A DNA stretch of 63,643 nt, counting the filler, from Stramenopiles sp. TOSAG23-2 (Eukaryota), in NCBI GenBank assembly GCA_900128395.1. It is 10 parts of 10 records of this genome, joined end to end, with 100 filler letters (N's around TTAATTAATTAA, not from the genome) between each part and the next. Parts side by side here need not be neighbours in the genome. Positions count along the whole stretch, not along the records: positions 1 to 7,523 come from LT650306.1; positions 7,624 to 15,132 come from LT650307.1; 8 more parts are not named here. The stretch is one strand, 5' to 3'. Position numbers and translations under genes: made by a program. The notes below the pieces were generated by a model. The model saw only the letters and a list, made by a program, of their open reading frames with translations, had not been told where the DNA came from and made no database searches. Shown one piece after another: positions 1 through 10,900 of this stretch. The stretch's first letter is position 1. Each line of letters opens with the position of its first letter.

Positions 1-996
1 CCTGTTGTATAGTCCTTCGTTAATTGTATTTCGCGCCCAACAATGCTCACAACATCCTGAGTCTCTTTAAAACTCAGAGAGTACATCTCAGGAGATGATT
101 GTATATATATATATATTATATATCATATGATATATATCATATGAGTAAGAGAAAAACACATATATATCATATGACATATATAATAATATCATATGATATA
201 TCATATATGATAAGAGAAAATTATATACTTCGTATATATGATTAATATAAAAAATTCTCTTATTTATAAAATATATATTAATACGAGTAGTGATGGTTAA
301 AATCTAAGTTATAATAATTTTACTTCCCGTGCTAAGTAATATGCTNNNNNNNNNNNNNNNNNNNNNNNNNNNNNNNNNNNNNNNNNNNNNNNNNNNNNNN
401 NNNNNNNNNNNNNNNNNNNNNNNNNNNNNNNNNNNNNNNNNNNNNNNNNNNNNNNNNNNNNNNNNNNNNNNNNNNNNNNNNNNNNNNNNNNNNNNNNNNN
501 NNNNNCGCGGCTTTTTGCCACAACCGTGCACTTCAAGATCTTTATCCGGATAGTTACCGGTTGTTGTTCACAATAGGATCTTTCACTTCGACAACCTCAT
601 CATCACATGTCATTATTAAATCTCCACATTTTATATATATCATATATTTATATATGATAAATATCGTACTATCATATGAATATATATATATATATATATA
701 AATATATGTATCATACATATGCCATATTTTATAATCAATATCATAATCATTATCAATATATATATTATATAATATACATAAATCATAGCACTATACTAAA
801 TTTCAAACATTTTCGAAATTATTTTTTTCCAGCAAAAGCAGGATACATAAAGCCTGTAGACAGTTATTTCTGTCTTTTTATACTTTAATCTATCTCTCTT
901 TTATTGTTCTTATTACGCTACAATAATACATATATATTAGATATATTATATATATTTATAATATTGTAGATCTATAATAGGCACAAAATTCCAGTA

Positions 997-1998
997 TTAT
1001 TCTGGATCTCCAACACCTCCTTCCAACAAACAAAATTCAGCTTCACTTTCTGCAATCATAGGTGAGTCAATTACTTTACATATACGATTATCTCCACGGC
1101 CTTTTCTTAATTTCAAACGAGTAGTAGATGCATGTGCTACAATATTACCACCAATAGGTTTATTGTTGTCTTTAACAAACATAGCCGCCCCGCCAGGATC
1201 AGCAGTGACTTGATTGGTAATAACAACAGCAACACCATACGTGCTTGCTAACATTGTACATTGTCGTAAAAATTGTGCTAATTTTTGTTGCCTTTCAGCC
1301 AATTCACCACGGCCAGTAAAATCTGTACGAAATAGCGCAGTAGCACTATCGACAACCATTAAAGCATATCGACTTTCTGCCATCATTGCTGATGCGTGCT
1401 TTAATAACTCCATTTGATGCTCTGAATTGTACGCTCGTGCGAAAGCGACATTATCTAAAACATCATCAGGGTTCATACCAAAACGTTCAGCAATTTTTTT
1501 CAATTTCTCTGGACGAAAACAACCTTCTGTATCAATGTATAAAGCCTTTCCTTCCCCGCCACCTTGGTCGCAGGGTAATTGTGCCGTGACGCATAAAGTA
1601 TGACATAATTGTGATTTTCCCGTTCTAAATTCCCCATATAACTCAGTAATAGACCCAGTTTCCATTCCACCTTGTAACAATTCATCTAAGTTCTTACTAC
1701 CGGTAGTTAAAGTAATTAAAGATTCACGTTGTACGGCAAGTTCAGTGGCAGTTGTAAAACCCATTGGTACCAACTTTTTCGATTCTGTTAAAATTTTTGT
1801 AGCTTTCCCTTCACTTATGCCTTTGATTTCTGTCAATTGTTTCATCGTAGCATATGCAACAGCTTCAACTGTATGAAAGCCACCATCTTTTAATTTTGTA
1901 ACGTCTGAATTATTAATACCACAACTTTCGAGTCTATCTACCATCATAGGACCCATTTCTTGGTCTTCCTCTTCCTCTTCTTGCATGCGCGTAGCCAT
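997..1998 (-). CDS. RAD51: RAD51/DMC1-family recombinase (RAD51-like scaffold), ~333 aa, intronless
   Basis: Walker A GEFRTGKS, Walker B MVVDS, N-terminal [23 protein letters not shown] polymerisation motif, [30 protein letters not shown]. Start moved from the track's GTG (2073) to the ATG at 1998 (MATRMQEE). Confidence 0.9.
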   Translation of the reverse strand: MATRMQEEEEEDQEMGPMMVDRLESCGINNSDVTKLKDGGFHTVEAVAYATMKQLTEIKGISEGKATKILTESKKLVPMGFTTATELAVQRESLITLTTGSKNLDELLQGGMETGSITELYGEFRTGKSQLCHTLCVTAQLPCDQGGGEGKALYIDTEGCFRPEKLKKIAERFGMNPDDVLDNVAFARAYNSEHQMELLKHASAMMAESRYALMVVDSATALFRTDFTGRGELAERQQKLAQFLRQCTMLASTYGVAVVITNQVTADPGGAAMFVKDNNKPIGGNIVAHASTTRLKLRKGRGDNRICKVIDSPMIAESEAEFCLLEGGVGDPE

Positions 1999-2708
1999 AC
2001 CTCGTTCGAACAGCAGTTTTCCCGTTTTCTTATTCTGTCTTGTTTGCTTTGTAAAATGTAATTTTTTTTTCACCCTATACTGAAATAACTAATGAACATT
2101 ACACTATTAGTGTCTATTTCTATACTCAACAAGCATAATCACACATACAATATACTTTTTATATTGATATATATATTAGCAGCTATAATAATAATAATAA
2201 TAGTGTGTAGTGTTATTATATTTTGTAAACTGTGGTTTGTTTCTGTGAAATTAAAAAAATGAAAATGAACTCCTTTTGTTCTTTATTACACGTTTTAAAT
2301 TTCTCCCTTCCCGCCTGATTTGCGGTAAATTTACCTTAACCTACTTTATTAACTTTTGTCCGACTCTGCACCTCTCTCACTGGCTCAATAATTCTATAGA
2401 ATAATTATTACTCTCCTCAAAATAGAAACGACTCCCACTAGCCTTTTGGGCTAGCTAGCTACTAGGCGCGTTTCTCATACAATGCCCTGCATTCGTATGG
2501 TATCTTCAAGCTGGTTCGATTGTCAGTTCGGTTATATTTATTTATAAAAAAATATAATATTTTAATATTAACACATATATGATACGACTTCGGTATACGA
2601 AGCGTATCGATATATCAAGCGACGAATGTTTATACGAACATTCGTGTAAAAATAAAGTAGATCATGCACGCCATAAAAACAGTGTGGGTACAACAGCTTG
2701 TAAAATTT

Positions 2709-5513
2709 TCATTTTTGCTTCACTTGCCTTTTACCTTCAACATTTTCATCCTTTATTTGGCTGTTGATTTCATGACTATTTTTAGATGTTAACATATTTG
2801 TTCTATCATTTAGACGGCGAGAATTTTTCTGTTTCTGAGTTGCGCTCAATTTTTTTGGATATGTATAAGTTCCCCAATAATCACCATTTCGCCCACCAGC
2901 AGGCATGACTTTCACCACACGTTTCTTTGGAGCGGAATTTGAGTTTAATAGGGATCCAACTGAATTCCACCATGCCTCCGGGTCTAATTCCTCTACATCT
3001 CTTCGATAATTCCTTGATGAGATAGATTTTCGCCCCGCTTGAGTGTACTTTTTCGAATTCTTCCCCGTATATGACTTTTGAGTATAGTTTCGTCTGACGG
3101 TTGCTTCTGGTGCCGGAGCAAGTACAAAGCCAGCACCTGTAAAATGGTGACCAGATGATGAAACTTGCAGGCCTTCTTTCATTTCTCTATGAAAATCTTT
3201 CTCACGTTCAATCAAACTAGTACTGGTAACGCTTTCATCTAATTCTTCCATTTGATCAAGAAGATCAAACAAACTGTCTTCATAGAAACATTCGGACAAA
3301 TCGTTTTGCTTGTTATAATTCTCATTAAGAATAGTATCAAAATCATCAAGAGATTGGTCACGTATATAGGTATTGTCCATTTTATCTTTCTTCTTTTTAT
3401 TTGTTCGTTTTACTTTTGATTTATTTTGCGTTTTTGCCTTTGTGTGTCTTTTTCTTTGAGTATTTTTCGTTCGACCCCACATTGGTTGCATTTTCAAGTT
3501 ATGCCGTTGTTGTTTCTGTTGACCCTCGTGAGTAATGTTATTATCATCCTCAAATACGTCTAAGCTATTTAGCCTATCTTTATTTGACTTATTGTTGTTG
3601 AAATAAAATTTGTTGTTCTGCGCACTATCTCGACTTTTTGTTGCATCTACTCCCTTTTGAAGGCTTATCTTATCTCGCCAAGAAGAACGACCTGGAGAAA
3701 GTGATTTTGATGGCAATGGCATAGGCATTTCTCTCTGATCCATCTCTGCATGAAACGATAAAACAGTATCAGCCTCTTCTAGATTAGCTTTTTGTGGGTA
3801 ACCTAGTGTGGTAAATGGTGCATTTGTATCATCCATCGACATACCATCCCACATTTCAGGTGTATCTCGGATTCGGACATGGCGTTCGAGCTCACTAATA
3901 GATTTCGATGGGATTTCCTGTGAACGAGTTGTTTCACTCTCAACAGCATTAGAGCTTATATTTTTTGTGTTATTCCTATCATTCTGCTTTCTTGAAGCAA
4001 GTTCGCTTTTTTCCTGTTCCTTACGTAAACGATTCAAAGCTAATCGCGCCTCGTTTAACTCTGTTTCCAATTTTGATACTACTGCTGTTGTTACTTTACC
4101 TAGTTCTTTCTTTGTACGCGGTGTTGAATTTATTATTTTTGACTCTATAATGTCGTCGTTTATATAATGTTGCTTTCTGTTTTGTGGTTCTACCTCCGAC
4201 CTTGATTGAAAACTTGGCTCTGCATTATTGTTGCGATTTTTTGCAATACGTGCTGCATCTCTTGAAACAATTTTCGCCCGTAATTTTAGCACTAAATCAC
4301 CCTGTTTTTTTTCCAATTCAGCGAAACTTTTGATTTCCACCCGTTGTCTCTCCGCTTTTCTTCTCAGAGATTCGACTTCTTCTCGTAATTCTAATTCGCG
4401 CTGATTTGCGCTTTCCCTTTCGAACTTTTCACGTCTATTCTCAGAAACAGCATTTTCTCTTTCCTGTGCCAATGCTCTTAACCTGGTTTGATACCCTTTG
4501 ATCAAGTCTAATGATTGAGCATATTTTGTTTGCACCGAATCAGTTTTTTTTAACAGCGCAGCAGCCTCTTCTTGCGCAGTACTTAAATTTTCTTGCAATA
4601 TATCTTTTTCTTGATCAAATTGTGCAACTGCAATTTCATTTTCTGCTCCTAGTTTCATCAATTGTTCAATTAACTTTGCAACTTTCATTTTGTCTTCCTC
4701 GCATAAATCAGCCAGCTTTGCATTTCCAGTAATATCACGCGTGTTTGGTATATTTGTATTTACATTTTTCAAAGAATCCTTACTTGGTGAAGTGGTAGGG
4801 GCGACTATGTTTGATGAAGGTACTGTCCCATCAACTTTGGTCGGGCTTGTTCCAAACTCGGCTTTTGATGCAGAAAAGCTTGGCGATTCGACTACTTTAT
4901 TGTGGTGGTCTCTTCGTTCAGGGGAAGTAGTTTGTTTAAGATTTCGACGATATTTATTAGATGAGCTAAATAATGCGGGATTTTCTTCTTCATCGTTTCC
5001 TTTTGCAGATGGAGACAATCCAGTCGAAATAGTCACACCAGTAGAGCCAGCTGGCCTCCAATGCTTTTTTTTTCGAGTAGACCTGCCCAAGCTTTTCCTT
5101 CCAAGGGTATTGCTTTTGGTATGACGTGATGGTGAAATATTTTTAATATGTGCTTGACCAATTATTTCGATGTTATTCTCATCAATTTTATGATCACTAT
5201 TTGCGTAACCAACAGGTACTTCAGGCTTTCTCAAATATGTAGTTGCAAATTTGTGTTGCGCCCCATCAATTCGTCTCTGGTCTATTTTTTCTTGGCGAGT
5301 TAAATCCCTAGCAGGACTACCCAAATGTTTATTATTGGCATAATTTTTGAAGTTAGAAGACAATGCAGATGCATCTCTGTGAGTTTGATTAATACGTTGG
5401 GTTAACGAATAGTTATTGCTACTGGATGAAATACTTGCTGCTGAAAAATTGTTCACTTTTGATTTTGGCAAAGGCAGTGATGCTGCTTTAGCTGGCGTTG
5501 AAACAGGTAGCAT
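2709..5513 (-). CDS. 934-aa low-complexity/coiled-coil protein with a hinderin (KIAA1328)-like motif
   Basis: Long intact ORF. LADLCEEDKMKVAKLIEQL followed by coiled coil resembles the recalled KIAA1328 core (LxDLCxEDKxxIAxLIxEL). Confidence 0.6.
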   Translation of the reverse strand: MLPVSTPAKAASLPLPKSKVNNFSAASISSSSNNYSLTQRINQTHRDASALSSNFKNYANNKHLGSPARDLTRQEKIDQRRIDGAQHKFATTYLRKPEVPVGYANSDHKIDENNIEIIGQAHIKNISPSRHTKSNTLGRKSLGRSTRKKKHWRPAGSTGVTISTGLSPSAKGNDEEENPALFSSSNKYRRNLKQTTSPERRDHHNKVVESPSFSASKAEFGTSPTKVDGTVPSSNIVAPTTSPSKDSLKNVNTNIPNTRDITGNAKLADLCEEDKMKVAKLIEQLMKLGAENEIAVAQFDQEKDILQENLSTAQEEAAALLKKTDSVQTKYAQSLDLIKGYQTRLRALAQERENAVSENRREKFERESANQRELELREEVESLRRKAERQRVEIKSFAELEKKQGDLVLKLRAKIVSRDAARIAKNRNNNAEPSFQSRSEVEPQNRKQHYINDDIIESKIINSTPRTKKELGKVTTAVVSKLETELNEARLALNRLRKEQEKSELASRKQNDRNNTKNISSNAVESETTRSQEIPSKSISELERHVRIRDTPEMWDGMSMDDTNAPFTTLGYPQKANLEEADTVLSFHAEMDQREMPMPLPSKSLSPGRSSWRDKISLQKGVDATKSRDSAQNNKFYFNNNKSNKDRLNSLDVFEDDNNITHEGQQKQQRHNLKMQPMWGRTKNTQRKRHTKAKTQNKSKVKRTNKKKKDKMDNTYIRDQSLDDFDTILNENYNKQNDLSECFYEDSLFDLLDQMEELDESVTSTSLIEREKDFHREMKEGLQVSSSGHHFTGAGFVLAPAPEATVRRNYTQKSYTGKNSKKYTQAGRKSISSRNYRRDVEELDPEAWWNSVGSLLNSNSAPKKRVVKVMPAGGRNGDYWGTYTYPKKLSATQKQKNSRRLNDRTNMLTSKNSHEINSQIKDENVEGKRQVKQK

Positions 5514-6186
5514 TATTTGAAATACTATGAAAAATAATAACTGAATGTGACAACTGTGTATCTTTTAATTTTTAATTTGTTACAGCAATTCTTTTATTAA
5601 TATTATTGTTCTTAAAATAAAAAGGTACAGATATATAGCAGTGTTTAATATATACAATGAAAAAAATGGGGGAAGGAAACAATTTTCTATAAATATATCT
5701 ATGAAATAATATGGTGTGCTACTATCTATCTACATACAGACGACAGTGCAAGTGAAATATATACTGTATATAATAATAGATAAAGAGGGGAAGAAATTTG
5801 AAATTGTGTAGGAGGAGGAGAGTGCGAGAGTGACTAGAGCTACCAGGACTACCATCCCAGCCGGGCCAGATACCAGATTTTACCAAATTTCATATATTTG
5901 TACTTGTTAGTATATTTTATTTTCAATATATTATTTGTAGCTCCGATTCTGTGTCTATGCTCTATGCTACAGTATATCTTATTAGAGTATAGCACTATAC
6001 AATAATAAAATCTCTCTGTATCTGGACATTAACATCTGTCGTCTGTGTGTGGATATGGAGTCGCAGTCGTCTGGAGTCTGGATGTCTGGATTTTGTTTTA
6101 CAATAATATTGTAATTTTTCACGAGGTGGATATGTATAACCCAGTGACATATGTATAAAATAACTATCAAAAATTGTTTTCACCCC

Positions 6187-6420
6187 CTAACAAACATATA
6201 TTTCCCCACTACATTTCTTTTTGGTAATTTTAAACTTCGTGGTGTATTTTTCTTCCTTCCACTCTTTGATTTCTTTTTCCATCACTCTTTTTCGTTTCTC
6301 ACCATCATCAAAACGTATATAATACGTGCCATCGTCATTAATTCTTTTAACATAACCATCATAATAGTATTCCCAATCGCCCACTTTTGCTGATACACGG
6401 TCACCTTGTTTATAAGGCAT
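6187..6420 (-). CDS. Small Tudor-like domain protein, or an exon/fragment of a larger gene
   Basis: YKQGDRVSAK..YYYDGYVKRINDDGTYYIRFDDGE matches the Tudor pattern (YY.G.I..VN.DGTY.I.FDDGE). Confidence 0.55.
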   Translation of the reverse strand: MPYKQGDRVSAKVGDWEYYYDGYVKRINDDGTYYIRFDDGEKRKRVMEKEIKEWKEEKYTTKFKITKKKCSGEIYVC

Positions 6421-6815
6421 ATTCCCGTATACCTTTTTTTTACCTTTTTTACCTTTTTTACACTTTAAAACTGAAATAATACTAGTTGCACAAATTGTAA
6501 ATCGTTATAGTTAATCCAGGAAATCGAAAATGAAAAATAAAGAAATGAAATAATACTAGTTGTACCGGGAGCTAGAAATGAGCAAAATGCACAACGATGT
6601 TGATATCTAACTTTGTGGATATCTATGGAGATGGAGATGTCTATACACACACATTCCTTCATGCAAATTACATATTTTTTTTTGTTGTGTTTTATTTATT
6701 TGTCACTTCTTTTTTTGTCACGTAGCCAGACAGAGTGGTGTGCTGGTGTGCTGGTGCGAGAAGAAGAAGAAGAAAAAAAAAATGCAAACCTCTCTTGGCT
6801 CTCCAGCTTTCCCAG

Positions 6816-7130
6816 GGCAAATTTATCCTAACCAACGATTTTGGGACATGGCAATATTTTGATAAATTTGGCTAGTTCCCTTAATTATACTGTGATGCTA
6901 TGTACCTATAGATATATATAATATAGACACAGCACTACCGCCAATTTTCTTTTGATACGGACTTTCACTTTAGTACACAAATATATATGCTAATATCACA
7001 AATATATATACTAATATGTTATATGGACTATCAAACATAATTAATTGAAATAACTAATTGTTTAAGGACTTTATCAAATTTTACATCAACTATGCAATGT
7101 CCCAAAATCGTCGGTTAGGATAAATTTGCC
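6816..7130. mobile_element. Non-autonomous MITE, Mutator-like (315 bp, 34-bp TIRs, 9-bp TSD)
   Basis: TIR GGCAAATTTATCCTAACCAACGATTTTGGGACAT (6816-6849) pairs with 7097-7130 with 1 mismatch. Identical CTTTCCCAG flanks at 6807-6815 and 7131-7139. Confidence 0.9.
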
Positions 7131-7523
7131 CTTTCCCAGCTCTCCAGCTCTCCTCTGCAAGCAACTTAAACTGGCAAAACCGATATCAATAAAGAATATT
7201 TTTTTTGATCAACAGAGTAACGGAGCTCGCAGCTTCCAATTGGAAAAATGCTCAATTCCCAGAGTGCGTTACCTTTTTAAAAGCAATTGCTAAAACAAAA
7301 TTTGCAAAAATCCCGAACAAAGCCGAACCACATTTTCCAAGCTTCAAAATTAAAATTACAAAAGTCAATCAGAAAAACATTACCAATACCGATACAACTC
7401 TTATACGGCTTCTTAGCTTAGTATGATAGCTCATATTTTTAGTATAATTAATATATATGCATATATATATATTACTTTAACACGAGAAGTGTAAAATTAT
7501 TATAACTTAGATTTTAACCATAT

Positions 7524-7623
7524 NNNNNNNNNNNNNNNNNNNNNNNNNNNNNNNNNNNNNNNNNNNNTTAATTAATTAANNNNNNNNNNNNNNNNNNNNN
7601 NNNNNNNNNNNNNNNNNNNNNNN
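7524..7623. other. Artificial contig linker N44-TTAATTAATTAA-N44; also at 15133-15232, 22742-22841, 30340-30439, 37932-38031, 45521-45620, 53106-53205, 60691-60790 and 62168-62267
   Basis: Identical 100-bp structure nine times, with stops in all six frames. Intervening segments are sorted by decreasing length. Confidence 0.98.
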
Positions 7624-7946
7624 TAATTCTAATTTTCTTTTTTCAAAATTCTGGTTGTGCACTTTTGTCCAGCTGTGCTAGCCAGCTGCTAATTAGTCTG
7701 CCGACGTGCCAACAATGTGACTATAGTATAATAATACTTTAATATTAATACAACTTCACAGCTTAACAAACAAATCCAAAATATACTACATACATACATA
7801 CATACATACATGTACACACAGACAAATATGTAAACTGCATTACTAGCTTTTATAGATAACATTAGTAAACAAATTCAACACTAGATTTTCAAGTTTTTGT
7901 AACAAATTTTTTTATAATAATATTAACTGGAAGAAAGGTTGCAAAC

Positions 7947-10900
7947 ATGTTACGTTCATTGCAATACTTTATACAAATTGCTATTTTTCTTGCGTTTTTA
8001 TCAACAATAAAAGCTCAGAATGCTAAGTTTGGTGAAACTGAAGTTAGAGTTACCATAAAAACAGGATCGTATCCAAAGGAACAGAGATGGACACTGTATA
8101 GATTAACAAACATTACATCGAGAAAGAAAGAAACTTCTGATTCATGCCCTGGATGGATTGATGGAGGAGATCCAACAGATTGGAGCGTAAGATATAACAG
8201 TCAATACAATTTTAAGTGTATGGCTAAAGATTTTAAGTTTCAAACGAAAGGTACCTATAACTCAAATAAGCAATTATCTACAACCAACCACCCATTCCAA
8301 GTGTGCACTATAAGCACTAAAGAAGCACCATGTGATGATGACGATTGCTGTAGTTATGCTCAAGATGGAGAATTGATGGGTGAAGATAATTTTATATCCC
8401 AATGGTATGGAGACCCAGGAAATCAATATGGTCCTGGTACGAACGGAGTGTACGATGTTAGTAGTAAAACATACTCTTACGGTTTCACTTTAAAACCAAG
8501 CTCCTTGTACAGAATAAAACTTTTCGATACATGGGGAGATGGTTGGAATGGGGGTACTTACAGAGTTGACAAAATGACAGTTAATGGATCCGTAACAGTA
8601 ATACCAGAGACGGAATTTAAAACAACAACTTCTGCTCTTAATGGCTATATTACTTACTCAGACTTTGAAACAAACCCGGAAGTTTATTGCCCTGCTGGTT
8701 ATTATTGCCCAACCCTATCTCAACAAATAAAGTGTGGAAATTATACAGTATATTGCCCTGTAGGATCATCTTATCCAATAAAAGTTAGTTCAAACGACAA
8801 ATGTGGTAGCCATCCAGCTATTGCAAATGATTACAGCACTTGCACGAAAGAAATAGATTGTCCAAAATTGGAAATAACAGAGGATCCGTCCGGCAAATTA
8901 TTGGTTGAGAAATTGGCATTAGTACAACCAGAATCTGGCGTTGCGAGAATTAAATTAAAAAATTCAAATTCAGCAGAAGTTGGCGGGCCGGCTATTATTT
9001 GGTCATGTCCACGATCCGCAGATGCAAATAACGCAAATAATTTAAAACAAATAACGATCGGCCAGCCGTTATGGAATGTTGCGCCATCACCAACGTTGTG
9101 TTTTAATGCAGGTTCCTATGGCGCATCTGCTCCAGATAAAGAATGGCTAGCTTGGCAGGTACCGCAAGGAACATTGGAGGCAGGAGAGAGCGTCATTATT
9201 GAAGTTTTGCTGTTAAGCGCCGAGGTTCAAGTCGCAAATGACACATATAGATCGTCTTTAAATATATCGTACATTACACCGGCAAGAGCAACGTTGCAAC
9301 CCTCACTACGGATGTCAAGTTTACCTTTCCATATGTCAGTCGGCGAAGCCCAAAATATTCTAGTATTTCCATTTCGCTTAGAAAGTACCTTGCGTGTAGG
9401 TGAAGTTGACATGCATGATATTTATGTGTTCAATATTGGTAATTCACCCGAAGGTCAGACTTTCGATGAATTTGGAGTTTACCTCTTGCCCGAGACTGAC
9501 GACGATGCCTGGAACGATGGTGTCGATACAAAGTACTCAAATAATTCAGTATGGGCAGAACTTGACTCCCCATCTGCCACTGGTTCGCAAATATGCACAA
9601 GCACAACTGTCGATTTTGACTCATTAGACACGAATTGTAAAGTAAAAAATGATCGTACCTTCAAAAAATATAGGGTGAAATTTAGTGCAGAAAATGTAGG
9701 CGCACAGATAGACCCATACGACTATAGTATTCGAGTAAAAACAACAGATAATGAGGTGGTAAATATTAATTTTAAATTAACTGTCACACCGGGCGAAACG
9801 GATGCTAGTACTTCAACTATTGCACCCGCAGACTTGAACAATACGCAACTAGTAGTTGGTTCGACTTTAGTAGTGCAAATATTTGGAAAAGACAAATTAG
9901 GTGGTCCTAGCGAGGATCAAGATTTCTTTTTCTTAAAATATAAAAAAACGACTAAGCTAGAGAATGGCGTAGAAAAATCATGTGACGGCGGCTGTGAAGA
10001 AGGGCAAATACAAGCAGTACAGAGTATTGTGTCGCCAACGAATGTCCACACTGTTTCCATTGTCTTAGCGGAATTTGGGAATACTGCAATTGAAATATTG
10101 TTGAAGGGTGTTGTTGTAGGTTCAAATACGTATACAGTGCGAGCGAAAGAACCAGATTGCCCAGCAAATTCAAATCCAAATATAAACAAAGATGCTTGTG
10201 AATGTAAAGCTGGATATGCAGCTTTGTCGACAGCCACCTCTGATACCTTGTTGTGTACACCATGCCCAGTCAATTCGTACAAAGCGAAAGCAGGAAATAA
10301 ACCGTGTAGTACATGCCCGGCGCATTCATTAACAAACAATTTAACCACATCTAAATCCTTATATTCGTGTGCATGTGTAGATACTCGTAGGTCTATAAAT
10401 TTGACCACTTTTGATGTTGAGGACACTTTATTATTTAAATGCCAATGTAATGCTGGGTATGAAGATTCAAAATCGGATTCTACTTGTTTGGAATGCAACG
10501 CTGGATCGTATCAAGCATTGGATAACGCTGATCCAAATATCCAAGTATGTGAAAAATGCGAGCATGGCAAAGTTACAAATTCCAAAATGGCCACAAATTG
10601 TACATCGTGTGTTGTTAATCAATGGTCATGTTCGGATACCTTATTCAATCAATATGGAGTTGATATTGATGCTGAAGTCAAATGTATTGGTTATACACAA
10701 TGTGTTGATTGTCCTATTGGAACAGCAGGAACAGATGGAAAAACATGTGAATCCTGTGACCCTGGGATGTACAATGGCAATAGAGGAGAATCATGTAAAG
10801 ATTGTGCAATGGGTAAATATCAAAGTGGATCTGGCAATGCCACTTGTATTTCGTGCGCAATTGGATCATTTAAATCAACCACAAAAAGCGCGACGCCATG

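Noticed and set aside
1-630. Short minus-strand coding-like pieces (MYSLSFKETQDVVSIVGREIQ...; KCGDLIMTCDDEVVEVKDP...) and ORFs spanning the N gap
   Set aside because: Too short, truncated or interrupted. The track ORFs here are mostly Ns.
2290-2330. E2F-like site (CTTCCCGCC) upstream of RAD51
   Set aside because: A single imperfect short match, not distinguishable from chance.
7568-7579. TTAATTAATTAA recurring every ~7.6 kb as a biological periodic signal
   Set aside because: It is always centred in 44+44 Ns; it is an assembly linker.
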